From Catajapyx aquilonaris (taxonomy: Eukaryota): a DNA stretch of 64,000 bases. A program made the translations under genes and the position numbers. How positions within the stretch are numbered: position 1 is the first letter of the stretch; every line of letters starts with the position of its first letter. Location of the stretch: assembly GCA_000934665.2 (NCBI GenBank), contig JYFJ02001577.1, positions 1-64,000 of the forward strand, in the 5' to 3' direction. The notes beneath the pieces were generated by a model, which was not told where the DNA came from, made no database searches, and saw only the letters and a list, made by a program, of their open reading frames with translations. This document shows positions 35,715-47,537 of the stretch, in pieces.

Positions 35715-36720
35715 GACTCAGGGAGAGGTCGAATACGCATCGTGTCAGGCAGGACATTGGAGGCCTGAGTGAGGGCTTGGAAGCAGCACATCCATTACTT
35801 GCCTTGGCGTGGTCAGGGTTTCCTCCACCACGGGTCCTAGGAGAAGGGAGGAGGCACAGGGCATGGTACAGAGCATCTCAGGTGAGGAATAACCAAACAT
35901 GTTCAGTCTGCCAAAGGAGGAAGAGACTGCCACGGTTGCACGAGCTGCACAGTATTGGCTTATGGCTGTGTGTGACCATGTGTGAGAGGGCCCTCGGAAG
36001 TCCAATCCAGCAACGAGGTGAAGCACCAACAAAACCACTCGTTGAGTGTGCAGCATCAGGCAACCTTGCACCAGACGGACTGAGGAAATGATGGGATGAA
36101 GGAAAGCTGTACCTGGGATACTGCTTGCTGGAAGAGGGCAAATTCCAAGCCGCCATAGACATCCTTCAGGAGCTCCAGTTAGCTGAGGCCTCATTGTTGC
36201 TGGGAAACGCCTACAAACAAATGGCTCATGAGGAGCATGTAACACAATCACAGCGCAGGGCCTTGCTGCAAAATGCACTGTAAGAGGCCTTCTGTCTAAC
36301 ATCTGAAAGAATGCTTGACCTGCTCCACCCTGTTATACACGAACAACGTCAGCAAAAAGAATACTTGGACTCTTAGAGGACCCAAAGAAACTTCTTGCCA
36401 GTGATGTGCAGCAGATGAATCAGATGGCTTTGGGGCGACCATCTGGAAACACTTTCCACAACTGCTGTGGAGGAGCCAACGACACCTGCAAGACGTGCTG
36501 ATGAATCGACTACTATGACTTTTATTGACTATTTTAACTTCCAGGATGATTATCGGCAATACAGTGGAATGTGGATTGTCCACTAGGTTGTATGGTGGAC
36601 CACAAGCATCACCAGGAGTGTACTTTTCTCCAGCTGCTGGATATGAGTTAGTGTATTACATCCATCTCCAGGGCTGGATTGTTATCATCCAGCAGCTGCT
36701 GCAGCAATGGCTGGTCACAA
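35715..36720 (+). pseudogene. Decayed RanBP2/Nup358-like fragment (N-terminal helical region followed by a Y/P/Q-rich segment)
   Basis: Translating across frameshifts and stops gives ARAAQYW..AV..CER..PTKPL.E...*WDEGKLYLGYCLLEEGKFQAAIDILQELQLAEASLLLGNAYKQMAHEE..RRALLQNAL*EAFCLTSERML..HP. This matches my recollection of arthropod Nup358 (EEGR..LA...AID.LQ.L..PEASF..G.IYK..A.E...AR..FYLTLDRL). In-frame stops at about 35890, 36089 and 36281. Confidence 0.65.
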
Positions 36721-36746
36721 TCTTATCACTTAAAAAAACACTTAAA

Positions 36747-37740
36747 ATCACTAATTTTCTAGTCATGTTGCTTTCTAGACAGTATTCAAACACCTCTGGA
36801 TGCAACCATTTTTAAACGCAGTTTGATCCCACTTGGGTTGACATGAAAGTGTACTTACAAGTGCTTAACCAAGTCCTCCTCCTCTGCCCCTGCCGTTCGT
36901 GTCAATTAAGTGAGAGTATAAAAATATATTTAAAAGGGTGTGATACAACTGGTTTTTAAGGTGCTGGGGAGTTTTTAATGTAATAATTTTGTACAATGTA
37001 AGGAAAGATAGGTTATGTTTTAGGATTTATAAAAGTGACGTATGTGATCAAACTTGATGCGTGTTCTTGTTCCAGATCCCTTTCTCCCCATATATTTTTG
37101 CATATGTCGGTTTTCCACTAATGCTACTTGTGTAGTGGCCATCTTCACCTAATGGAAATCTGGCCCCTGCACTTAGTTCTATCCACCATTAACATCCCCT
37201 CTATTCCAGAAAAAAAAATGGTGAGAGGGGGGGAGGATGGGAGGTGCAATAATAAAATAGAAGGGTCCATTGGAAAGGTGGATTTACGTCTACAATATAT
37301 TCCCGGAGTGTCGGTCCAGGGCTACTAAAACTCAGATTTATCGTGCCCAGCCATCCTTGCTGAAACAGGAGGCTGGAATAGGGCGGGTAGGAAAAAAAAA
37401 AACAAGTGCGAAAAAATACAGGACCCTGAAACTCTCCAGCCCCAAATGCATATGCACGATTTATAGGAATGGCAATCATACTTTATGTAGGTTGCATTTG
37501 CTGATCGCTCGGGTGATAGTGTTCCCATTTAGTGGAGGGGAAAATACTATAGGGTTTTGGTCAAGCCTGGTCATTCGATTAAGGGAAGTGGGTTTTTTCG
37601 TAAAGTGTTTTGCAATTTTTTTCCCCCTTCCAAGGGTTTTGTTTTTGCAAATGTAATATATTTTGAACTAATCTCACCTCTAAGGGTGCCTGAATTATTT
37701 TTTGTTTAACTTTTAAAATATTTTTTTATTAGCAAATGAA
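36747..37740 (+). repeat. Segmental direct repeat, copy B
   Basis: Diverged copy of 34200-35365 with several deletions and about 240 bp of extra sequence (37245-37487). Confidence 0.9.
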
Positions 37741-40437
37741 GAACCAGATCATAACTAAAAAATTAACTGTACAACTGTTCTATATCTAGGACACTGGGCA
37801 TGACTATATGGGTATTCACAGTGTACCAGTATATTATTAAATATTGAAATTTTAGATTGTGTAATTGAATTATTATTTGTTTGATTTCAAAAAATCTTTT
37901 TAGCAAATGAGCTAACATAAGGACTAAAAAAATTAACCGTACAAGTGTCCTACATACACACATGGCATATCTATAGCTTAATATTCACAGTATATATTAT
38001 TGCAATATTAGATTGTTCGAGTTAATTTTTATATTGATATTGCAAACTGTAGTTTCCATGCAGAGATTTAGTGAGGAAATTTTTTTGTGCAGCCTTCTTT
38101 CCTTCCATCCCACCCTTTTCCTTCCCTCTTCCTCATCAGTTATTTTAGTGTGCAATAGGGAAAAGGGTATTGATATTCAAGAGGAGGAGTCATTGGCTGG
38201 GGGAATGAGGGCTGCAACTTCATCGGCCGACTCCATAAACACCTATCATTGGAAGGTGCAATATAATTCAAGTTCAGTTATTGGCGCCGCAGTTTGTGGA
38301 AGGGAAGGGGGGGAAAGGAAAAGCGGATCATAAACAAACGCAAAACTTTTTTTTTTTAAAGGGGGGAACGCGATTTAATAAGGAGATTGTATGTTTTTTT
38401 TTGTAGAAGCCAAAAGTTGTGCTTTGGAGCGCGATGTATTAGCATGATTTGTAGCTAAACCGCAGAAAACACCATAAAAATAGGGGCTGAGTTTGAAATT
38501 GGCTCCCATTTTGAGGTGGTATTTGGTCGCCATTTTTCTTGCCCAACGTCGTGTCTCCCCTCTGCCTTTTTGCTATGGGAGAATGGGGAGGCACTATCCA
38601 CACGATTAGCAGTCTTTTTCTTTTCCGCAAACCCCATGCGAATTTTGAATTAATATCTTGAGTGGCTACTAGATTTTCATTACGAGCCACTATTTTCCCC
38701 CCCGCCAAGAAGGCGCTACATCCGCATTGTTATGTACTGAAATGGCGCGATTTATTTGGCTCGGAGTCTACTAGACACATCCGAATTGCACTTTAGGAAC
38801 AGGTTTTTTTTGGTGTGTGTGGGTTTGATCCCAGAAAATAAATCCTCAAAAAAAAAAAAAAAAGGTACTGTTGCTATCAAAAAGATACGGCTTTGTTTAC
38901 TTCCCTTGCTGCTAGATGACACTGCGCTGGAAACTGCCAGATAATAGGAGGGGCACAAATTCAATTTGGGTCGCTCATTAATTCATTCCGGGTCCCGCCT
39001 TGATTAAATTTAAACTAAAGTGATGAAACCGCCCGGGTTCGAAGCAGACAATTTATTCCCAACTCTGTCCGCCGCAAAGCTCCGCCCACTTAATGTCGCT
39101 TAAGAACTTTCCCAAGATTTTTGAGTGATGAGCTCTGGCTCCAATAAACGCGCAAACTCTGCAGGTTTTAATACGGGCTATTGCGCAAATTAATTTATGT
39201 GGGGAGAAACTTGTTGGCTAAACTCAGAGGTCCTGTTGCATCAACATGCAAATTAGGAAGAAAAAAATGTACCATTAATTTAAATCATATAATATGTGAC
39301 ATTAGCAAATTTTACTTTAATTTTTTTATACACTGCAATTATTAAGTTAAAGTCTTAAACGCAATTTAATTCTTAAATTATCCATTTAAAATTCATTTTA
39401 ACAATTACGAGACAGCCCCGCCTGTCAGTAAGCAACTGAATATAGGACATAATGGTGTCAATCGAAAGCCTCGGTCAAACAACATAATAGATTTTTATAT
39501 TTTAACTAGAAAAACCTCTCGCTCTTTTTTTCTAGACCTGCGGCCTGCTGTGGTGAAGGTCAAAGTGTTTCTTAATCGCTTTGGGCTTTCCATGGAAATG
39601 GCTGCAACAATGTGAGCAAACAGCGTCAACAAAAGGACACTGTTCACTCCTATTGTTGTGTGAGGGGGCCAACCGGAAGCGTCGCGGTAACAATATTCGG
39701 TGAACCAATCAGAAGGCATAACCATGCATTTTAATATTATAGATTTTTAATTACACAGGCGGCTGCTGTCAGTAAATGAGATGCAGTTCCCCAAGTTTAC
39801 GGTCAGAGAAGCAACAATCAGCCGTGTATACAAGGGTGGTGACAACAATAACAATGGTGATTTGTACACCCGACCCTCCCCCCTTATGGCCAAGCGGATG
39901 AAAAACGGGGCCATGAGTGGTTTAAATCAAACGTCCCCCCCCGATTTGATTACCGTCTGCGGGCGTTAATATTAATCAAGCAATTAGTGTCCGCGTGATT
40001 GCAGGCGGAAAAGTTGGGNGTGTGTGTGTTAGTTTTGCGATGTCCTGTGAGTGTGAACGTTCAGACGGGCCAAGTTGTGTCTGATCTAATCCCGTTTGGG
40101 TCTGATGACTACTTCTCTTGCTCCATAATTCATGGCCGCTGGTAATGGAGCCGCGGCGAAAAATTAGACAAGCATGACTTGGCTGTGCAAGACATTGTTT
40201 GTTGCAGGGTGGCCAGATCGACGGGTGCTTCATCGCATGCTGGTTAATTGGGCGCGAAGAAGGCGGGGGACCCGTTTTAATTAGGAGGATGATGCTGATT
40301 AAGGTTTTTTTTTCAGTTGGAGGCGATATTTTCTTGAGATTCATTTTGACAATGTATGTAACAAGCGAGAGCATTTGACCATCCTTCAATTCTGGAGGTT
40401 CTTATCAGCTTCGCACGTGATCTTTGGCATGTATCGG

Positions 40438-40503
40438 CCAATCAGAGCCGGTCATGACCACTATATAAGCGATGGATGTGGACGTCTCTTTCCTATTTCA
40501 GCT
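40438..40503 (+). promoter_or_regulatory. Core promoter: CCAAT, TATA and Inr-like
   Basis: CCAAT at 40438-40442, TATATAA at 40462-40468, and Inr-like TTCAGCT at about 40497-40503, roughly 50 nt before ATG 40552. Confidence 0.7.
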
Positions 40504-40551
40504 TTACAGCTTCTAAAGTGTGGAAGAATCAACCCTACGAGCTTTATAATC

Positions 40552-41203
40552 ATGTCTCAGGTGGGTATGATATGTTCATCGTGTGTTCAAAGACTGTATG
40601 GTGTGTTCTTATGTTTCTGACGAGTGAATTTCTTTGTAGGTTTCTTTCCTGGTTTTGGCCATCATGGTGGCTGCTGCCTCTTCAGCCGAATACTACGGCT
40701 CTCCTGTGCAGACTTCGTATGGTTACGACCAGCCGAAGTACGAGCAGTCCTACGGCTACGAGCAGCCCAAGTATGAAGAGAAGCAGTCGTACGGATATGA
40801 GCAGCCCAAATACGAAGAGAAGCAGTACGGATATGACCAGCCCAAGTATGAAGCCAGCTACGAGAAGCCATCCTACGGCTACGAGCAGCCCAAGTACGAG
40901 CAGTCCTATGGTTATGAGCAGCCCAAATACGAAGAGAAGCAGTACGGCTACGAGCAGCCCAAATACGAAGAGAAGCAGTACGGCTACGAGCAGCCCAAAT
41001 ACGAGCAGTCCTACGGTTACGAGCAGCCCAAATACGAAGAGAAGCAGTACGGCTACGAGCAGCCCAAATACGAGCAGTCCTACGGTTACGAGCAGCCCAA
41101 GTACGAGCAGTCCTACGGTTACGAGCAGTCCTACGGTTACGAGCAGCCCAAGTACGAGCAGTCCTACGGTTACGAGCAGCCAAAATACGAGGCCAGCTAC
41201 TAG
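40552..41203 (+). CDS. Secreted Tyr/Glu/Gln/Lys-rich tandem-repeat structural protein (190 aa)
   Basis: Exon 1 40552-40560 (MSQ), GT-AG intron 40561-40639, exon 2 40640-41203. Signal peptide MSQVSFLVLAIMVAAASSA, then 13 copies of YGY[ED]QPKYE with QS or EKQ spacers. AATAAA at 41262. Synonymous third-position differences between repeats support this frame. Confidence 0.9.
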
Positions 41204-42079
41204 AAATTTATGAATGTACACATCCCGAATAATACAAACAAATCTGTACATAAATTTGTAAAATAAACCCACACGAAAGTTAACTTTCACTCGTATTACT
41301 TTCCCAATTTCCGACATGTAGTGCTATACCAGCTTCAACAGGGGTCTATCCTGAAAAATTGAAGGGGTGTAAATGTTCAAAGGCATTTAATTTTTATGCA
41401 CTAAGCCTGCTACTCTACGAAAGTTTAAATGACTATGCAGTGCATTTGCACTAGCTCTTAACAGTCATGAATCAGTGTCCCGCTTCGTATATATATATAA
41501 GCATTGAAAACTGAATTTCAGTTGCATTCACATATGCTTGGATTCAAAGAATGTGCAGACTGTTCTGAAGCAAATAACTGACTTACAGTTCATACCGGTT
41601 CATACCAAGCAAGAGGAATACGTCCAGTTCATTTTTTGTAATCAGAATTATACCGTATACGTGTGTACTGCCATTGTTATAAAATACATGTAGGCCTAGC
41701 ATATCAACTGACATTTTGAAACTAAATTAATGGCATATTCTGAACATGCGTGCAGGAAACGCTGTGTCCAAATATGTCAAAACAGCCTGGTCAACTTGGC
41801 CATAGTTGGTCAGACATGATGAGTTGATCGCCTCCCATCCCCAGTTGTTTGGCAAACGCGTTAAGTGCAGGTGCCGGTTTCAAAGTGGTGCAAGGAAGTC
41901 GGAATTTGCAATATCAACCACCCACGCTCTTCAGGTAATGTAAAAGTTAACAATCACTTACTGGATTAGATGTCTTCATTCACTACGCTACTCATTGTAC
42001 TGTACAGCAGCTGGTGAGGCGAATAATAGTTGTACTCTAACTTTCTCGAAAAGGAGCTTGTGAAGTTGGCTATAATATA

Positions 42080-42276
42080 CAGGGTGACTCCAAAGTCTGG
42101 ATACATGTAGGCCTATAGGTAATTGGATTGCATTGTTGGTTTCCAGTTGTGCCAACTAGCAGGTTGTTGACAGTCAGAAAAGGATGAGTTGGCACAGTAG
42201 GCACTTGGAGTTGGCACAACTGACAACCAACAATGCAATTCAATTACCTATATATCTAGACTTTAGAGTCACCCTG
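42080..42276. mobile_element. Tc1/mariner-type MITE
   Basis: TA|CAGGGTGACTCCAAAGTCT...AGACTTTAGAGTCACCCTG|TA with long internal inverted arms. Confidence 0.85.
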
Positions 42277-42314
42277 TACATTATAGGTCTATATTATTTT
42301 GTTTTATCCTCTGA

Positions 42315-42441
42315 TGCCTGGTTGCACCAACAAAGTTACCGGTCCGATAGCTCCTAACGGACCGATAGCACATGTTAAAAGGTCTACCTATCTGTCCATT
42401 AGGAGCTATCGGACCGGTAATTTTGTTGGTGCAACCAGGCA
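42315..42441. mobile_element. Harbinger-like hairpin MITE
   Basis: TGA|TGCCTGGTTGCACCAAC...GTTGGTGCAACCAGGCA|TGA: about 47-bp arms and a 3-bp TSD. Confidence 0.8.
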
Positions 42442-43542
42442 TGAATGTTGTAAAATAGCCGGACCTGCACTTTACCACATTAATATTTCTATAAGAGCAA
42501 TAACCGTTTAGTCTTTTACAGCTTATAGTATGTTGTGCTATATACTATAGTAACATTCAAAATTATGCTGGTATAATGTCTAGTACACTCTTCAACATCT
42601 ATCAATTAAGAAATAAATTACCACCATGATCAAAGGCATAAAAAGAGTGTGACATCCGTGTCAGGTGCAAAAAAAGGGGTTGTCCCTTGATTGAGGAGTC
42701 AAATGGTCCGCCACCGTCTGCTGATATAGCGCATAAACAAGCGTCCCTTGTAGCCCTCCCCCGTTTAGCCTCCCCCCACTTAACCCCCAGCCCATTAGAA
42801 CAGTGGCAAAAGAGAGACCCAAAAGCGAGGCGTAAAAAATGGAGGGGGGCATGGGGGGAGGAGACGAGAGGGGATAGGGGGGGTCCTTTTCAATCCATTT
42901 CATTCCATTAAGTGGTGATTATGTTTAGCTGGCGCCGGGGCATTGGAGCTTCCCCTTCCCGGTAATTTATCGGAGGTGTTTCTGCGTAATTGGAGGTGCT
43001 TCCTTCTATTGGCTGGTAATCGGCTGGATTTGCCCGCCGGCTGCGACCCAATCACGAAGAGAACCCTCACAGCCAGGCCTGCCAACTTGGACCATTTTGT
43101 CATACTCTTCTTTTAAATGCGATTGTTTTCCCTGCGCTTAATAATCAGCGTCCCTCTATAATATCCTGTGTTTTTCCGGATATTTAGGATAATCCGACTT
43201 AAGTTCAAATGTGGCGTCGGATGAATAAAGCTGGGAAAATAGGGGGAGGGGGGAGCCTGAAAGAGGCTTTTGTTGTGGAAATGAGCTGTAAGTGAACGGG
43301 AAGTCGATACTTATGCCCTCGTTTGACTGCATCACACACCCCGTTTTACCGCCTCGTAAAAGGGGAGAGAGGAGGGTGCCATCACCTGCGCTACACATAC
43401 AGGGTGTTCCCAATTGTCAGAAGCTGTTATCAAAATCTTAGGGAGGCAGCGTTTACAGAAAAAGGACACAACGCCATTTTTTAACGCCTGAGTAGCAAAT
43501 TAAGCATATATATTCACAATACATAATAAGACCCCTTATAGG

Positions 43543-43847
43543 CCTATATACGTAAAGCAGAAAGTCTGTCTGTTTGTTTATATGTCTCGGCTACCTAACC
43601 CACTTTCACTCTTCTGAGAGCGGCGACCTGAAACTTGGCACACTGATGTCTAATGGTACGTGCTGCTGATTGACTAAATAGTCCAAAAAATCGTACTTTT
43701 TAAAGTCTGAAATGCCCAAAAGTTAAAATTTTTAAACGAAGTTTGATATTTATCTGATGCAATTTTACTCCCACCACAGATGGCGTTCCTCCCCTCCCCA
43801 CCTCCCATTATTATCAATCCCCGTGCGAAGAACGGGTCTCCTGCTAG
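43543..43847 (+). mobile_element. Non-autonomous Helitron
   Basis: 5' CTATATACGTAAAGCAGAAAGTCTGTCTGTTTGT head, 3' hairpin CCCGT-GCGAAGA-ACGGG (43820-43836), then CTAG|T terminus (43844-43847). Confidence 0.8.
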
Positions 43848-46316
43848 TATTTATTATAACCAGATTGGCAAATCATGTGAGTGTGATTTGAGTAGACTCT
43901 CTTTCTCATTGGGCGGTGGGAAATGAGGCTGACGCACCTGATACGACACGGTGCGATTTTAATTGGACGACAATGACATTGATTGTTGTCAGCCTCATTT
44001 CCCGTTGCCTGTAACTTGACCTTGGCGGATATAGTGAACCCGGATGAACCGGAAGTTGACAGTGCTCATGATGAATCCCAATCCGAAAACAGTTTGTCGC
44101 TATCTCTTGCGGTATAAGCCCTGATACCTGTCCACGGACAGATGGACGGACATACCCATTCTATAAGACTTTTTTTTCTTCGAAGAGGATTGGTTGCACT
44201 TTTATTGTCTGTCCACCTCACACAATTCAGCAAAGTGTTCACTAAAATTATTCCCCTTTTCACATTTTTTTGTCCCCAACATAGTATACACTGACGGCAC
44301 TTTTTTCCACCCATTGCAATGTTATTACTCTCGAGGGCGTGACTTGCAAGTACCGCAAATGATGGACACTATCCCCCTCTCTGCTAACAAATTTTTTTTT
44401 CCCCCCGCCTCTCTCTCCATGTGTTTTTAACCCCCTCTTGTAACACCAGTATGGCCTCTGACATGATATACGTACAGGGCCTAGGGTTAGCCACCTATTT
44501 CGGCTCGGATCCATCCAGAATTAAACCTGCCTGAATTAGGTGGGGAAATAAAATTTTCCCTCTACACCCCGTCCTGTAGAATAACAAAAAAGAGCTGATT
44601 GTTAAGCCAGAGTTTTTTATTAGGCCTGGTTCTAATATTAGATCACACCCCCTCTCCGAATAGTGGGATTTTCCCTTTAACGGCACTTTAATTCAATCTG
44701 GGATAATCTAAAATTCATGCCGCCCATAATACTGTCGGCCCCATGATATATAAGCGCAACCATAGATTAGATTGGAGGGATATGAAGCCGGATTCATTGA
44801 ATTGCCCTCTATTATTACCACCTAACTAACCGCTTTTGCTGGGGCGAAACCCCCCGGATTTTTGGAGGGGGGGTTAGCCCTCCCCCTTTTTATGGCGTTT
44901 GCGTCATTGTTTCCGCTGACAGGCCTGAGGTCTAATTGTGCTACTAATCCGGATTTACCTCGGTTCTATTCGCACGGATTTTGGCTAGCTATACATGCGA
45001 CAAAATAACTTCTTTCCAACCAAAAAAAAATGTCGCCGCTTTTGAGCACGATTTACAGGGTATGTGGAGGATTTAATGGCTAGCGATAAATAACTGGCAT
45101 TTTGTTGTTGGAGACCCCCACAAATTTTAGGGACAAAGTGTGGGCGTAAACCGGATTATTGAGAAAGTTAGGCTAGGGTTTTAATACTTTTGCTTTGATA
45201 GAAGAGATTTTCATGGATGAGAAAACTGTAATTCCGGCCGGATCATTGGAATGGAAAGGACCTAAGGAAGTTTTAAGCTGTCTGTCGTTCTTCATAATTT
45301 TTGGCCAAATATTTGCACTTTTTCAACATTGTGCTCACTTATTTTTTTATCACATTCTGATTGAAATTAGACTTTGTGAGCAGGCGGGGGACACCCTGCA
45401 TGTACTTGAAGAGGCAGTTCATACTTCTGGTACATTGCAACACCCCACTGTTAAAACCCATAGAGTGTCAAGTTTTCCTCCCCTGATGACGGCATAAGAG
45501 TCGATTATCGATAATGAACAGAACGCAGGCTCAACACGACACATTAGCTTTTCTAGCAGTCCCCAGCCCGTTATTCGGAAGGGGTTAGTAGCAGGTTCCC
45601 AATGAATAATGAATTAACTTATTCCATGAGTAAACCTGGAAGCTTAATGAAGCGGCTAAAGAGCCTTCTCACTCCCTCTGTACTCTTCCGCGACAATTAA
45701 GCTACAAGTCAATTAGGAAAGCGATGGGCATCAATTAGGATTTAACCCGTCCATCTGATAGAAAGCACCGCCTCCATTCTTATTTATTCTGACCGATTTT
45801 ATCTCCCTAAGTGGCGATCAATAGAATCAAGTTTGCTGGGGTCGGGGGGATGGGAGGGGGTTGTGCCAAAGTGTAGTATGCTCAGCAAGGCAGAAATGGG
45901 AGGTGATGGTAATAGAATGGACACATTAGACGGGTTGTCGGGCCCCATTTGGTTGAGGAGAAGGATCCGTCAGATGGGCTGCGGTAAAGGGCCCGAGACG
46001 AGTCCTCAAGAGGGGGTTGGCATGTTGGCCAATCACTACCAATTCGGAGAGCTATTGGATATGCACCACTCCGGTTCTGACATCATCGCTTTTTTTTACT
46101 TAAGGAAACAGAAGAGGATGGTCATTAGTCTCATTACTTGGATCTGCTGTTATCTGCTGGTGTACTGCCCGAAGCTGCCATAAACAGACATATTGGATTT
46201 CATTTCCTGCTGAGAGTGGCCTGCAATTGAGATAAAGAATATAACAATGGATGTCTCGGGTACCCTGCCGGAAACAGGGTTAATTTATTGTCTGTCTTCA
46301 AGTTACAAGGGCAACT

Positions 46317-47121
46317 TCAGACGACCAGGAGAGCCGTGGTTGGACCGCGGTTAACTTGGGCAGGCGAAGTTGCAGTCATTGTAGGGATTGGATGAATGCG
46401 CAGCTCCTGAAATTAATTACGTGCATTTTAGACTCTCTGGCCGGATTACAGTTTTGGCTCAACCTGTACTTACCTGGTAGTGGGAGTAGACGATGGCCAC
46501 GCAGTAGCTTTGGAACATGGCCGAAAAGAGCAGCGTCGGAAACATGAGGCTTGGCAGGATGTGGGCGACGAAGAAGCTGACAGATAGGCCTAGTACGTAA
46601 ATGACTCCGTAGCTCTGCAGGGACATCCAGGGCACCATGGCGCTTCTCTTCTTCTGCAATGACACCCATAGTTATCAAGTGCTGTCTTCTTGAAACAGAG
46701 AAGGACATACCTTGTAGATTCCGTTCAGGAGAGAGCCGGTGAAGGAGGTGCCCAAGACGTTCACTGCAGTCATCGGTATTCCGCTGAAGATCATGACTGA
46801 AATATAATGTCATAATTAGCAGCGTTGCCATTATGACGCCATTGCAGGAGACACTCACACATGCCAATTATCATGTCCATATCGCCCACTGTAGCCGAGT
46901 AGTACATGTCAATTCCATATCCGATCATCACGATTGATGCCAGGGAGAATGCGGTGTGCAACACCTGCGAAGAACACACAGTGCAGACACTTCGACTCCG
47001 ATAATTACTTTTTTAAAAAAGGACATACCAGCGAGATGTAGCCGATGATGAGCGCTGCCTTTCGAACAGGGACGTACCCACAGCATTTCTTGAACAAGGG
47101 AACTCGAAAATGCCACACCAT
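46317..47121 (-). CDS. Four-transmembrane LAPTM/DUF4728-like membrane protein (184 aa)
   Basis: GT-AG exons 47121-47029, 46964-46859, 46796-46711, 46653-46474, 46406-46317 (555 nt, open). Motifs KCCG.VPVRKAALIIGY, LLNGIYKK.RSAMVPW and Y.VAIVYSHYQEL, with four hydrophobic segments. AATAAA on - at 46284-46289. Confidence 0.8.
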
Positions 47122-47391
47122 CTTTCTCGAATCTTCCAACCCAACACTGACAGTCGCGAAAAAAACCAGCACAAGACAAGGAGCAGGCACTGACTGAGCG
47201 TCTTTTACGGAATTGCAAGCAAAGGGCGCGGCAAGTGACGCAATTCACATTAACCGCGACTCTGTCACTGCTACTTATGAATGGCACTAACGCTATTTTT
47301 TCTGATGGCAGTAGAAAAAGTCATATGAAGTCAGTACGGCACTCTTGAACTCTTGTTGCATTATAAAAAATGGTACATTATAGTATGTTAA

Positions 47392-47537
47392 AGGAATATC
47401 TTACCAGACCAGACCAGAAATTAGCCTCCAACAGAGCAGGTTTTGCCTGGAGGAGTGCGAGTTATTGCATCAGGGTGAGGCATCACCTCTGTTGGAGGCT
47501 AATTTCTTGGTCTGGTCTGGCCTGGTAAGATACTCCT
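47392..47537. mobile_element. Kolobok-like MITE (TTAA TSD)
   Basis: TTAA|AGGAATATCTTACCAG...CTGGTAAGATACTCCT|TTAA with arms of about 45 bp. Confidence 0.75.

Noticed and set aside
40718..41200. CRISPR-like regular repeats
   Set aside because: The units are contiguous coding repeats with no unique spacers, in a eukaryotic gene with no cas genes.
40476..41317. Three long overlapping ORFs (245, 173 and 211 aa) on other frames or strands
   Set aside because: They are shadow frames of the tandem repeat. Only the YGYEQPK frame has a promoter, spliced signal peptide, poly(A) signal and synonymous variation.
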